From Chrysomallon squamiferum (lineage: Eukaryota; Animalia; Mollusca), in NCBI GenBank assembly GCA_012295275.1, contig CM022669.1, positions 11,098,001-11,162,000 on the forward strand: a stretch of DNA of 64,000 bases. Reading direction: 5' to 3'. Below, in pieces: positions 39,101 to 54,760 of this stretch. Position 1 is the first letter of the stretch. Each line of letters starts with the position of its first letter. The position numbers and the translations under genes were made by a program. The notes below the pieces were generated by a model. The model was not told the DNA's origin and did no database searches. It was given only the letters and a program-made list of their open reading frames with translations.

Positions 39101-39305
39101 ATAGTAACCCGTTTGTTTACATTATTTGAAATAAAAAATAAATAGAACTGCAGTTCAGACGAGTATTCAAAACGTTTAATATTTTAAAGCTGTCCTGAAC
39201 GAAATGGGAACATTTCCTTATTTTTTTTTTTTTTTTATTATTTTTTTTTTTTTTAGATCATTCAGTCTCTCTTTTCATCTTTATTTCATTTATTTACACA
39301 TCACC

Positions 39306-39476
39306 CTATTGGGGGGTGTGTGAACGGATTAGATAAGGGTATTGTTTCCATTCACCATAGCAAGGGCAGATTTTGGTGGGGTTTCCCCGGTCCACGGAAT
39401 CCGCCCCTTCCCAGTTAAAAACAAACAAACAAACAAACAAACAAACAAACAAATAAATAAATAAATAAATAAATAA
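39306..39476 (+). mobile_element. Putative retroposon 3' end with (AAAC)n(AAAT)n tail
   Basis: GC-richer ~110 nt block followed directly by an A-rich tandem tail that abuts and truncates the orphan exon-2 fragment. Confidence 0.35.
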
Positions 39477-39655
39477 TAAAAGTTCTGCTGCCGAAGCCGC
39501 TGTTTCTTGAGGACTGTCAAAGTCGAGTTCCATTATATACTGAAGTGAAAAACAAAAACACAAAATACATTAAAATTACTGTCTTTTAAAAAAAAGAAAC
39601 AAGAAGACAAGAATGAATAGAACACCAACCAACCAACCATTTGGGTTAATACTGG

Positions 39656-39661
<6 letters not shown>
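39477..39661 (-). pseudogene. Displaced fragment of methyltransferase B: end of intron 1 plus first ~20 codons of exon 2
   Basis: Reverse complement of ~6498-6680 with few substitutions (ttaacccagtattaacccaaatggttggttggttggtgttctattc...cag TATATAATGGAACTCGACTTTGACAGTCCTCAAGAAACAGCGGCTTCGGCAGCAGAACTT); translates YIMELDFDSPQETAASAAEL and then breaks into a (TTTA)n/(TTTG)n repeat. Confidence 0.9.
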
Positions 39662-39730
<69 letters not shown>

Positions 39731-39733
39731 AAA

Positions 39734-39764
<31 letters not shown>

Positions 39765-40394
39765 ACAAATAAATAAATTAAATCAATATCCTGAAGTGTG
39801 TACTATTCTTTGTAAAATTTATAATATAATTTTTTTATATTTTTGTTTTGGTATTTATATTCGAGAAACTTTCCCCCTTACATAAAGTATGATCGGCCCC
39901 TGCACACACTTTGAAGCTGTCCGTGTAAACTTGCGTCAAAACTTGCGAGTTGCGCGCTGGAACAGACATTAAGCCTGATTGTGTTTTTACTGTTAGAATA
40001 ATGTTTATCTCTGATTAATTGCCATTAATCAGATTTTTTTTTCTTTCCAAGTTCTGACTGTACTGAATTAATGTTGAAAAAAGATCCTGCTCTACGCGAG
40101 ATCCGGATCGATTGAAAATAATAGCCCACAGTTCTAACTCGCGGTCTTGCGTTGTTATTAAGGACTACCGGTGTAACGACAAATTTGTTTACATACGTCA
40201 GTGTTGTCCGTAATAAAATAGCTGTTAATGATAGAAGCTTTATAAAGTCAGTATACACAGAAAACAATTACATGGCTCCACAGACTACAAAGACACACCA
40301 TTCGCAAACACGCACACACGCACATATTTGAATTACATAGTGTGTGTGTTTGAAGAGAATATAAGTGCATGTGTGAGGGTATATATATGTGTGT

Positions 40395-40438
<44 letters not shown>

Positions 40439-40844
40439 CAACATATACATACACATAAATACATACTAGGTAAAGACATACATATGTTCACATATGTTCA
40501 CACATATACACACGCATAGATACAGAAATGCAGATACACACATATACATTCATATATAATACGACGATTATAAGTATGTATTTCCGAACAAATGTTCTAC
40601 AGCGTTACTATAATTAATTCTCTATTTATAAAAATACAGTCAGAGCTTTCTTTATACATTTCTGGTGTAAAACAGATGTCGCTTTATCTGTCGTTTTTAA
40701 TAGGTGTGACAGATGGTGTAATATTTGTGTTATCCGATCTATATTGATACATTTCTTTTTCAGTGGAGGTAATTGATTCCAGCTTATATCAGGCGTTGTC
40801 TTGAATTTGTAACATTTCACACAAACATATCTGTAGAAATGTAG

Positions 40845-40879
<35 letters not shown>

Positions 40880-41221
40880 CTTTATTATTACTGTTGTTGT
40901 TGTTGTTGTTGTTGCTGTTGCTGTTGTTTTTCTTATTATTGTTGTTGTTGTTATTATTATTATCATTATTTGTTAATTTATTAATTTATTATTAACATCA
41001 GCAACACCATCATCAATATGATCATCATAATTATTATTATTGTTGTTGTTGTTGTCGTTGTCATCGTCGTTGGTTTATTATTACTGATATTAATACACGC
41101 AGTAAACTGATACAATATTGATTCGATAATGTATTTCATTATTTATATTTTTCTTTCTTCATTTCTTTCTCTTTTTTCTCTTTCTTTTCTTTCTTTCTTT
41201 CATTCTTTATTTCATTATTTC

Positions 41222-41265
<44 letters not shown>

Positions 41266-41815
41266 TCTCAGTTATAGTTCCATTCTTAATCTAGTAGTTA
41301 ATTATAACAATGAGGATGATGAGTTATCGATGATACTGTTTACGTTATTAAAACTAAAGAGATCTGTGTGATGTCTGTCTCTCTGTCTGTCTGTCTGGTA
41401 GATTTAGCTTCCATGTCTCTTTCTCTCTTTTTTTTTCTTCATATTAACAATTAAAAAACGTGCGATTATCTAACATTTCAAATTTTATGGCGCATATAAT
41501 TTCATGACTAGGTGTTCCCTTTCATGGAGGACAATTTGGTTTATCGATTGTGTGACGTCTGTGATTGTTGTCGCCATAAAAATACGACAAATTAGTCAGA
41601 AAGCTGACAACGAGATTCGTTGTGCGTTGTGTGACCGCACATGTCAGGTTAGGAATATTCATACTCGGGCCACGTGAAGCTGCAGAATACGCCAGCTGTG
41701 TTTGCAGCAAGTGTTAGCTAACTCTCGCAACAACTCAAACACCGAGTTACAATTCTCAGATAACGTGATTGGTTATTTGTTTGTAATTCGATAGCACTGT
41801 GCTAACAACATGTTT

Positions 41816-41886
<71 letters not shown>

Positions 41887-42025
41887 TGTGTGTGCGGTGG
41901 GTGTGTTTGTGTGTATGTACGAATGTATGTATGTATGTATCTACAGTACATACCTCACATTTGATATAATTATCAGCTAACATCATAAAAACAACTACAT
42001 TAAACCTCTCTATAAATAACCTCTA

Positions 42026-42071
<46 letters not shown>

Positions 42072-43097
42072 TAAAAAATAAAAATAAAAATAAATAAATA
42101 AAAATAATAATAATAGGAACCACAGGTTTGTGTGCATGTGTACGTAATTATCTCTGTACAGATGATCTACATACATTTATAAACACACACACCTACACAT
42201 ATAAAACACACATATGCACATGTGACGCATACATATACACATGTTTACACACACATACACATACATACATACATACATAAGTGAGACAAAAAGACTATAA
42301 TTGTATGCGTATGAGACACAATATCCAACATGTGCGCTCGGAGAACCAATGCAATTTTGAGTCCAGTCCAAATAAAACACTTTAAAGTATTATGTATTCT
42401 ACTAAAAAAAATACCTAAAAGCTGTAATTAAACAGTGCTGAAATATCTAACTATATATATATATATATATACACAAACACACATACATGTACACACATAC
42501 ACATAGATACATGCATACATATATGTATGTGTGTGTATGTATCGATGCATGTATGTTTATTCAAATGTTTCTCTACGTTTCTGTGCGAATTTTTCAAATT
42601 TTTCAATGTACTTCGAAAATAAATTGATGTATCGTCATGTGTGAACGTATGAGCATAAAAACACTGTGTGTGTTCATACATACGTATGTTCGCAGTATGG
42701 TTGTTATTGCTTGCCGAGTTTATTTATTTATGAAGAAAAAGGTGCCACGCTTTTATTAAAAACAAACAAAAACAATAACGTAAAAAAGATTCTTAAAAAA
42801 AAGATAATTTTATAGTGCGAGATGTACAAAAATTCTTTAACGTCTGAGTCTGCGGAAAAACTTAGAAATGATACTTATTATTATTATTATTATTGTTGTT
42901 GTTGTTGTTGTTGTTGTTGTTCCAATCTCGAGACATTATATGCATAAACTAATTTTCTGTTGTTGCTGTTATTATTATTATTAATACATATTTCGAAATC
43001 AATAAACAAACACAACATTTCAATAGATCTGTATAGAGATAATTACGTACACATAAACACAAACCTGCGCTTCCTATAAATAAATAATAATAATATT

Positions 43098-43136
<39 letters not shown>

Positions 43137-46100
43137 GTTGTTGTTGTTGTTGTTGTTGTTGTTATTTAGTTTTTATTATTATTATTTTTTATTTATTTAT
43201 TTTTATTATTTTTTCAATAAACGAGATAATGTCAACAATTATTTGACGTCAAAATGTTTGCACGGAACATAGAGGTTTACTGTAATTGTTTTTTATTGAT
43301 GTTAGCTGATATCTGTATCAAATGAAAGGTATGTACAGTATATACATACATACATACATTCATACATTCATACATACAGATGCATACATACATACATACA
43401 TGCATACATACTACATATAGTCTGTGTTTATGAGTAAGATTCGTTCGTGAGTAATGTGTGTGTGTGTTGTGTGTGTTAGTGTGTGTGTGAGTGTGAGTGA
43501 GTAATTTTCACAGAAAAAACAAAAGAATATAACCAAAAAAGTTTTTGTAATTTATCAACCGATAAAGTCATAAACAAACGAATATAGCCGAAAAAAAAAA
43601 TAAAAAAAAATAAAAGGGGGTTTAAATTTATCAGGAAATAAAGTCAGAACACGAGAAAGAAATCTGAAAACTCGACAAGATAAATGGCATGTCTGTGCAC
43701 CACTTTAGGAAAACAATCGAAGAAATACTTGGGCTGTGCTTTCTCGTTATTTGTCTGTTGTTTTGTTTCGTTCGCTTATCTCCCTTGATAACCCGGGGTC
43801 GCGGCCATAAAGGGTACCAAGTAACGTGATCGTTTTCTGTATGTCGGTGGAAGGCAGAACTGCCAAGCTTATCAGGACCGTTATATTCATTCTACTAGAT
43901 TGCCTCTGTAAGGAATCTCTTGAACTACACATAAAACCAACATTAGCAGGCGAGTTTTATACCCTGTTAATGTTCTAAATATCAAGAGTATCGCGCCCTT
44001 TGTTCGGCTGGGTTTTAGACCGCACAACGTTCTCCGTCTTAGGTTATTTGTTCTGTGAGTCATAAATGAACCAATATGTTTTTATTCGTGTTTAAAATTT
44101 ACTTGTTTTTTTTTTTTTTTTTTTTTGCTTGCTTGCTTTTTCTAGTAATTATTTGTTTGTTTATTTGTTTTTATTTATTTTATTTTATTTTATTTTATTT
44201 TATACTATTCCATTCTATTCTCTACCAGTTTTTTTTTTTAAAACTCTAACTTGTCCCCTCAGTCTGTTAAGTTTATTTTAACATATCTCTGTAGGATAGG
44301 AAAAAGAAAATAAAGTTTAGAAATAAAAGAAAGTGTTAACTTCCGTACGTCTCTGATAGTTTCTTAAATTACGATGATGCTAAGTTATTACTGAAGTTTG
44401 TTGTCCCGTAAAATAAAGCAATAATTTCGACTGTTACTTGCTGGAATCACCAAATATAGACTTTAATTATATTATACTCTCTATCAGGATTTTTCTTATT
44501 TCTGGTACTAGTTACTCGAGTTTATCCTGGCAAATAAAAAGAGAACAAAAATGGTAAATTCATCTGAAAACATTAAGTTTACAGTTCGAATTATTTTTAA
44601 GTGCGCCTTGTTAGAAATCATGATATTTAAATGACTTCATTTTTGGACTGCGAAAACAAATGAAACTATGAAGAAGAAGAAAGAAAAAAGAGGCTGAAAT
44701 GAACTTAAAATGACTGCCGTAATAAGACTTCACAAAAAAAAAAAAAAAAAAAATTAAAAAAAAAAACACAATAATAATAATAATAAGAGAAAAAGAAAAT
44801 ATTGTCTTCTGGGAAGGTCTGGGAGTGTCACGTTCCAAATTTCATAGCTCAGACGTCCTCTTCAAATCGTATCCTTGCAAAGTCGTTGGCAAACGAAAAT
44901 GTGATGGCATTAAAGAAAATCAATGCAAACGCCACCGGAGAAACGAGGCGGCCATTTTGCAAGACGAAGACGTGCGGAGAGCGGCGAGGTTTTCATCGCC
45001 TGCCTTCGTCCCGCAGTCGTGCTTCTCGGCTCCCGAGCAGACGGCTACAATAATACGGGTTGCGATCTTTTATTTCCTTTGCCTTATTAATCATTTGGTG
45101 TAGCGAGAACTCCGAAATTAGATGCCGAGATAGAATTAGATTTTTCTGATCTGTGACACGCCATACGTTATGGTACATGCTGTAATTGCAAGGACTGGCC
45201 TGCGCGTGGTGGGCCTCTTGAATAATTTTGACTGTTTATTGCAGTAGCAACTCGGGATTGGTCACCTTGGTGACTCGCTGTAAAAACGCTCGGCGTCGAC
45301 AGTTTTTGGTGTAATGACGATGATGCATTCGCTGGGTTGTCTGTCCGTCCGTCCTGCAGAATCATTAAACTAATTGTCACAACGCTGGTCAGGTTGCAGT
45401 CAAGTCGTGGAAAGCTGTCGTTTCTGTCTTCATCGCTGATCATTTCACTGGTCGGCGGTTTCTTGTCGTGCTGGAGATCGTAAAGAAACCGTTTCTTTGT
45501 CCTAGCTTTAATACGACTAATCTCTTCTATTTCTGTTCCCAAAAACTTTATATTAAAAATAGATTGATTAAGCAGAAGCCAAAGATAAGATCCCCGAACA
45601 GGTCAGTCGTAATGACATTGAGATATCAGTGGCGAATTTATTATTGCTCTGCAGTGATTAATGATCGTTGAAATATTTCCTTCTGACATTTTTGAATGTT
45701 GAAACAGTCTGAACAATACGTCATTAGTAATAAGTTGCCATGGTGACATGTTTGTCGTGACATTATTAACAAGCATTGTAATTTTAAATTAACAGGTTAA
45801 AGTAAACTGTTTAATTTAATTTGAAACTGACTTTACAAATAACAGTAACCATCTTGCACAAAGATAAAGAATACAAACACGCACACACGCCATACAGACA
45901 AACGTGCACAGGACAGTTTATATTAAACTAATTTCCTAAAAGCTGTTATACAATTGAAATTTACTGACGGGTGGAAACATCCTAAACTGTATGCTGATTC
46001 ATTTATCGTGTTATGTGTTTTCCTGTGTACTGGCTGGGTGCACATAACTGCTATTGTTTTGCTAATTGATCATTAACGCATGATGACTCTGTTATATTCG

Positions 46101-47837
46101 TTGATTACAAAAAGTAATGAAAATTTCCTTAAATAATCTTTAAAACTGTACGTATTAACTAAAATGTGACAAATTTAGTGGACGCTTCCTGTTTTAATTG
46201 CTGTTTTAATTTACGTTCAATTCAGACAAACTGGACGAGACGATAAATTCAGGGAAAATTAATACGCGATAAAAAATATTGCTGTTTTAACTTACGTTAA
46301 ATTCCGAGAAAATCACGAAGTGAACGATAAAACTGTTACTATTTTATTACGAAAACGATCACGCGTTGAAAACTTGTCCATAACGCAGAATAATTTTTAG
46401 TAACCGAAGAAAGATTAACCCGACTAGTTAATTAATAAAAGAATTATAAAATAAGTTATTCAACAACACAGTCAATATATTTTCAACCTTTTGTTGTGAG
46501 ATTTTAACATCTAATGAGATAGAAGATTCACATCTGCTATTCCTTTTTAATTAGCAGCATGAATGTTTTTTTTATATGTTCCTACCCATTGATGGAGCAT
46601 CATGTACGACTGGATGGGACTGGACATAGCTTAGTAGATGCAGATAGAGACTGAATCAAATCATGCTTGACTGTTTAAAACTGTAATAACTAAATTATAA
46701 CAGTGATGATGAAGATGACTAAGATGATCAAATAATGACGACAACGACAATAATCAAACAATGATGACACATTTTTTGTTTTATTAATATTTTTCATTTG
46801 CTTAATTAATATTGCTTTTATTTATCCGACAATTCAGTTTAATAAAAAAAAAAAAAATAATAAATAAATAAATAAAATAAAATAAAATAGAAAAATGTTC
46901 CCTTTAAGCATGAATTGTAATTTTAATGTTTATCATATAAATTACCATCCACCCACTATCAAGTCTTGGACATCCCTGAATGTCCAGAGAGAAAAATTCC
47001 TCTTTGACGAACCGAGTAATTAGTTTTTCTGAATAGCTGACATGGCACAAAAGACCTCTGAATCTTACTTCTTTCCCATCGTACACTTCGCTGTAAGAAT
47101 ATTACATCTGAATTGCCTGGGGGACATTTGTAAATTCCTCCATGTTCGTGCGCAAATTTAAGCGCTTTCACGAGAGAACCCGGCTCTTGGCTTGTCGTCC
47201 CCAGGACCCTAATTACAGACAAAGGACGGCATCGAGGGAGCGACAGCGAGGCTTTTCTCAAACTTATCAATCAACAAACCACGTGTGCATTTCTCACGCT
47301 GACCACTATGACGTTCCGAATATCGCTCAATTAACAGAAATCAATTCGTCAGATCTGCTCTCGAAACTTTTAATGACGGTCGGAGGGAAGGTTTCTTGAT
47401 TTTGCGCGGTTTAAAAGATACATTTGAAAATTCCCACGACGATATTATGGAAATCAGACTGGTGATTCGACGACTTGTTGATAAAAGATGGAAGGTCGTG
47501 ATGCAAAGTGAAAAGATTTCAGGGTTGTATTTGTTACAGAGGTGCTGATAAAAAATCTGAAGTTAAAGTATTTTATAAATCTCTGATTTAATTTTGTTTA
47601 TTTATTTATTTATTTATTTTTACTTACTTACTTACTTACTTACTTATTTAGTTACTTACTTACTTGCTTATTTATCTAATTATTTATTTGTAAATTTTAT
47701 TTATTTATTTATTTTTATTCTTTCTTTCATTTGTCTGGCTTGATTTTGACACTAATATTTACTAACAATAAAATATGAAAACAAAATAACAATGTGGAAG
47801 ATACAGATGCTTTCATTTAGTTTTTGATACCATAAAA

Positions 47838-47876
<39 letters not shown>

Positions 47877-48061
47877 GCAGTAGCGGTAGTAGTAGTAGTA
47901 AAAGTAGTGGTGGCGGTGAAGTGGTAGTAGTAGTAATGTGGCGATAATAATAGGAGTATTAGTAGTTGCGGTTATAGTAATAAATAATAATAATAAAGAA
48001 ATTACTTACTCACTTTTCCTTATTTATCTTAATCACCTAGATTATTTATATTATTTATATT

Positions 48062-48162
<101 letters not shown>

Positions 48163-48266
48163 TAAGAATGAGTTTCTAGGGTGAATTAACCTAATGTTGT
48201 CTAAAATTATAATACATGACGCCATCGTATTATTTTCAATGACGTACTTTGTAAACTAAATTGAAG

Positions 48267-48391
<125 letters not shown>

Positions 48392-51300
48392 CTCATATAT
48401 CAAAATTTATTTTAATTTAACTACAATAATAAATAAATAAATCTAAACATTGACAATCGTGTTTCAGACGTATTCTTTACCATATCGGTGCCTGTCTCTT
48501 TCTTGTCTCCGTCTTGAAAGTCTATTTCTGTTAGCAAAGATGAGATTCATGAACAAAACCATCCTGTCTCTCTCCATCAGCCATTTACATTTCGACTTTT
48601 ATTTCCCTTTTAATACCATATTTCATTAAGTGGCAGCCTCGCCCGAGCATTGTTGATTTCGCTTTTATGAGACAGCGGTGATATATAATGTAATAAGAGG
48701 AAGAAACGAATTAGAGTTAACAAATTAGTATTTCTTCATCTCACAATAAATTAATGGCCTCCTTCGATGTTATGACTCTTGCAGTATCAATATATATTCA
48801 TGGTCCTGTGACGTCACTGATGTACACTGTGTGTAAAGTGTTCGCTAGGTGTCATCTTTGGCTTACTGGTTTATAACTAGCGTGTTCTTGATGACGTCAC
48901 CGACACGACACTCAGTGTATCAGTGAGATTCCCTCGTGATTTGGCTTTATGACGTCATTAATACATATGTACGTTACAAACATATAACTGATATTGATTA
49001 GCTACGTCAGTATGCTACAAGAATATTTGTTAATTCTAAAGTAATAATCATCATGATGATAATGATGATGATGATGATAAATGACTAAATAAATTGATGA
49101 ATTCAGTTTCGCTAAAATATTGCCCCTTTACTTTGAATGATAAAAATGAAAACGTCATGAATGATTTTCATGATATCATTAGCCTTCAGAACCCGAAGTT
49201 CTCTTTTAAAGTTCTCAGTAATGTTAGTCAAAATTAATTAAATAATAAATTAAAATGCGAAACTAAAGACAGCGTCCACCTGTGACCAAGACGAAAGATC
49301 ACTGATTTGTTTTCTCTCAGCAACGTCTTTCTTCTTTAAATGTATTTTATCTTGCATCTGAAAAAAAAAAAAAAAAAAAAGACGAAATGTTCATGACTGC
49401 ATTAAATTATCAACAAAATCATTTTTCCGTATGCTGTGGAAGCTTTCGAGAAAAGATGAAATGAATGGGTGTAGTTATTTCTGTGAACGTTCGTTTTAAG
49501 TCGCTTTGCTCCTCGTAATCACCGCAACGTCACGAACGTCGGCAGAAATATATTTAACTCGTCATTAAGTGACAGACAAGTCTCTTGGGGTGTGGAATGT
49601 CGCTGGATCAAATCACGACCTTTTGGATAATTTTCCGTTTCGTAAGTAAAATGATTTTGATGTTTGTTTGTTTTGTTTGTTGTTTGTTTTGGGGGTCTTC
49701 TTCTTTTTTTTCTTTTTTCTTTTTTCTTTACGATTTGTTTATTTCTTTACAGTTATTATTATTATTGTTGTTGTTTTTTTATTGTTATTATTGCTGCTGT
49801 AGTTGTGGTAATAAATCTTGTAAATATAAAATAGTGCTGATAAACTGTTAAAATTCTGAAATCAAAATCAAAAGAGAACATCAAAACTGACAATAATGGG
49901 AAACGTTTCTGACAGGCATCGACATCTTGTATCGCATTTGTCTGATGTACTTTACAAAAAATAATAATGATTTACAAAAAAAAAAAAAAACACACAAAAA
50001 AAAAAAAACAATTCCAAATAGAAAAATGTAATTCTTTTAAAAGGAAAAAAAACAACAAAACAAACTGACAGGCTAATATGCAGCGTGTCTTTAGCACGGC
50101 CAGCAGTCGGGCTTGATTTGTGACGAAAGCGATTGGTCTGGACCCAAGTTTTTGCAGTCACTGACAAAACCCGCCCCTGGTGTATAGAGCGAGCCCAGAA
50201 GGTCTGTTCATTTTGCCAGGTTTTTCAATTTAATCTCAAGCATAACATTTAGCGTTTGTCACTTTCAGAAATCAGCTGCCTGCCAGACGACCCGAGCGGA
50301 AGTGCTGGAAAACGTCTGCGCCATTGTGTAAGAGCTGCGAAAATTGTCTTGCGAAAATTGGGTTCCATCTTGGTGTGCGGAATGGCTTATGTCAGTTCTT
50401 TGTTAAAAAAAATTCCGTTTTGTTACCTTACGAGCGGTTGATTAGAAAGTGTAGTAACAAAACCGTTATGAAGTGTAAGTTGTTAACACAGAAACAGACG
50501 TCTGGGTATGATTGCAGCAATCAGTGGTAAAATGTATGTGAAAATTAATACAAGCAGCCATTTAAGTAATATGTTAGCATAGCATTACCAGACAGTATCT
50601 GTACATTAGCTATTTTAAAGGCTATACTATTATTAGTCCATTATATTATTATAGCTATGATATAATAAATATTATAAATATCGTAATGGACAAATCATAT
50701 TTTTTATAGGTATGATAATGGACAAGTAATATTTTATATATCCTGATGGACATGTAATATAGATATTATCATGAACAAGTAATATTAAAGACAGTATTTA
50801 TTCCACTTAAATTTATGTTAATTTTAATTTCTATTGCTGTGACGAATTCTCGAATTAATTTATTTGTTTATTTATTTCCTTACTTACTTAGTTACTTATT
50901 TATTTATATTATCTTATTTGTTATTTTAATATTTTATTTATATATTTATTTATTATTTCCGCATTCTTTTTCTTTAAAAATTCCATAAAATATTTTATTT
51001 AAATATTTGTTTATTTATTATCTTTAGCATCGTTATCTCGTACTTTTCAATAATTGTAGTTTTCATTCCTAACATTAACTTAGTTATGCAATTCCAATAT
51101 CATTAAACGAAATGCTTCTGGAACTGCAACAGGAATTCAGAAATTGTTTTCGTAAATTGATACCAAAATAGCTGGAGAGACATTAAGTTTTTTCAATCAA
51201 TATTCGACTTTAACAGCGCATTTTCCAAATTTCGCTTGACAATTATTGGAAGAAAAGAAATTGAACATTCTGTAACGAAATAAAAATCTTCTTATGACTG

Positions 51301-52360
51301 CCTTTTGGGGGAAAAGGTTCGTAGCTGAATCGAAAATGCGGTTGTAATAAGGATTTAACCTTCGACTTCAGTTTGTAAATAATGTCACGTTCCGAAGAAC
51401 ATATTCGTAAATATGTTTTATTGAGAGCACAGGTCCGACAGATTATAACAAGTGACCGTTATGATGTCCGGAGATCGTACAATCGGGCCAAGGAGGAGTT
51501 TGTTTCATGATATTTTGTTTTTATCACACTTTATAACTGTTAGGCTTAATATTGTTTTTCTTGTGTGTTTTATTACCGAAAACAATTTTTACAAAATAAA
51601 AAAAAAATTAAATAAAATGAGATACAAGAAGATGAAATGATTAAACAGTTCAAAGATTACCACCTACACATTCCAGAAGCTGAAACTGTTTTCATTTTAC
51701 ATATCTTGCATATGCAGTTACGCAGAGAAGTATAGACTTTGAAATTCCATGCACACTTACATATACACACACAGACCAAACACAAACACTCACAATACAT
51801 ACTAAAACCAACACGATATTGACACATAATATATACATGTACATGTAGCAGAATGAAAACCCCACATACAAATACATGTACTGACACACACGAGTGTATA
51901 AACGGATTATTAGAGGCAATATTTACTAACCTAAAACAACATAATTATGTACCCATGTTATGTTTTCAGTTCAAATACTTTTTTCAATGACAATTGTTAC
52001 TTTAACCAAAATTAATGCGACTACAAACTTGAATCATCTTTGAGTTCATTAAAAAGTGATCATCTCTGTTGTTGTTTTTTTAATTTCTCACTAAAAATAC
52101 TTCGCTATCCGTTTTCAAGAATGTTTTTACTTTAAGTGTTATCATATGGACCTATATCCTGATAGGAGTTATAAGATTTAAAACAAAAATCACGACGCGT
52201 AAACTGAATGAATACACACGCAGACTGGAAAACGTAATTTTAAACTGAACGTAATACACGTCACCCTTAACTCACAGATTTACGATCGGGTTTAAAAGTT
52301 AAACAAATTTCTTTCAGCATAAACATTTACTCTTTATTTTATTTATTTATTTATTTTATT

Positions 52361-52399
<39 letters not shown>

Positions 52400-52448
52400 T
52401 ATTTTTATTTTTATTGTCTTTATATTTATTTTTATATTTATATTTATA

Positions 52449-52512
<64 letters not shown>

Positions 52513-53139
52513 ATTATTATTTATTATTATTTATTTATTTATTTTTATTTTACATAATATTCTAGCGATATTGCTTTTCTGATGTTCACATCTGAATGAC
52601 AAGAAATAAATGCTTAAAATTAATTTCATATCATTTTCCTGTGAGATTTACGATCTCGTTATGATTACGTAAATGTATGAACTGAACGTTCTGTCAGTAT
52701 TACTCTGGGGGTCTCTCACAAAGTACTAACTACATGTGGACAATTATTATAAAATTAATTCCGAATCACAAAACAATAAAAGTTAAGTAATAAAAATACT
52801 TGTTTAGAATGAAAGGATAGAAGAGGTTAGCAAATTTATACCATCAGAATACTGTTTATCAATTTATTAATAATAAAAAATAAATAAATAAATAAATAAA
52901 AACAATGTGTTTGCCCTTTCCTCTAATCAACCCCAAATAATGCTATCAGTATCCTATCAAAGCATACTGTATACTAAACACTTAACATTTACCTACTCCT
53001 TACAAGCCAGTTTACCAAATTAGCAATACAAAGTTCAAATACAAACATGCTTTTGTATGATGTTTACTAACATATAAAACAGAACGCTTGTTAGCAAAAT
53101 ACCAAGTTAGACGCGCGCCCCATCATACTGTGTACGAAT

Positions 53140-53430
53140 CCAGAAAACTGTTTACTAATATCCAGATAAAATGTTTACTAATATCCAGTAAAATGTATAC
53201 TAATATCCAGCAAAATGTTTACTAATATCCAGAAAAAATGTTTACCAAGAACGCAGTATTTAATTACGTTTACCAACATATGCGCTCTAGTATACAGTTT
53301 ACCAACCTTCAGAATACTGTTTACTAACATTCATAATACTGTTTACAAATACTACAGCATTCATTACATTAACCAACATACGCTATCTAACATACAGTTT
53401 ACTAAGATCCAGAACGGTGTTTACTAATAC
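53140..53430. repeat. Degenerate ~21-bp minisatellite (TGTTTACTAATATCCAG core)
   Basis: Four close copies at 53149-53235 plus scattered degenerate units. Confidence 0.7.
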
Positions 53431-54459
53431 TGACAAGCTGTTTACATTATAATAGCGCTCAAACAACCGATATCACTGTTTTCATTTCTTTGTTCACCAT
53501 TAATTACAATCTGGCTTCATCAGTTTTATACGATTAACATCGATTTTTAAAATATTAACCATGCCTAATGCAAATAAAAAAAAAATCATGAAAATAAGCT
53601 AAATAAAATTAAAAACACATCAACTTTTTTTTATGGTTTAGCAGAAAGTATTTTGTTCATATTGCTACAACGTTAAATTCAGTTTGGATCAGTTTAACAA
53701 TAAAAACAAGAAACATGGGGATTAAAAAAAAAAAAAAAAAGAAAAAAAAAAAATGGGAAGATGAAGAAAAAGAAAATAATAATAATAATAATAATAATAA
53801 TTATTATTATTATTGTTATTATATATTTAGATACAACATGCAACTATTCTGAATATACATTTTGCGCACGCATACACACACACTTACGTACTAAAGTATT
53901 CGTTTTAAAATATATTTATATAGCTAAATATAGCAACATACATAATTAACTAGATCCTGCGATGACTTTTAACTTGATTCGAATTCTGCAGTCACTGTAC
54001 AAGATGACGTCAACAATACTTTTACGTCAGACTACTGCCAGCACATAGTTATGGCATATTACTAAATGTACGATATCAGGTTATCTCGTCAAGGTAAAAA
54101 AAAAAATGAAATTTTATATTATAGATGCATACATATGTAGAAATAAAAATTTTAAATTATGCATACATACATGTTACATATTTAGTGGAAAACAAAAACA
54201 AACAGACCTGTATTTTTCTGGATCATCTAGTACATATACATATATTTATTAATATTTTGTTTGTTTCAGCTTTTTTCATCTTAGTTTTCTCTTTTTTTTT
54301 GTGTGTGTGGTTTTTTTTTTATTATTTTTATTATTATTATTATAATTATTATTATTATTATTATTATTATTAAAATTATCTGAAATTAATTTTTTTTCTT
54401 TTCTTTTCTTTCAAAATAATTACATCTAAAATTAAACAATAAGCTGTTGTCACAGAGAT

Positions 54460-54760
54460 GAGAAAGTCCCCGCCCCTCGTGGTGGGAAGTCGTGGGTCCG
54501 CCGCTGATCCGAGTTCAGTGATTTTCGCGTCTTGCTGGGAGCAGTTGGCGAGGAATCAATGAAGAAGCGCCGAGCCTCATTCCGACTCGCCTAACCCAGA
54601 GCGGCGCGAGTCATTGGCCAGAGTCAGCGAAGAAGTCGGAGCGCGAAACCGTCATCCACTAGTTGGCGCTCATTTTCCAACGAAACCGACAACAGAAACA
54701 CGTGTCTGCGAGTGGATTCCTGGGATTTCTTCCGAACATGTGCGCCAGAGAATACGATCA
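54460..54760 (+). promoter_or_regulatory. CpG-rich promoter-like region upstream of the signal-peptide exon
   Basis: Local GC/CpG peak in an AT-rich background; GC box CCCCGCCCC at ~54468 and ATTGG (reverse CCAAT) at ~54613. Confidence 0.5.

Noticed and set aside
45168-45542. 124-aa minus-strand ORF in a GC-richer island
   Set aside because: Starts at TTG, has no recognisable domain and no clear flanking splice sites; such ORFs are expected by chance in GC-elevated sequence.
46959-47399. Overlapping ~85-103 aa ORFs on both strands
   Set aside because: Non-ATG or weak starts and no motifs; treated as part of a non-coding island.
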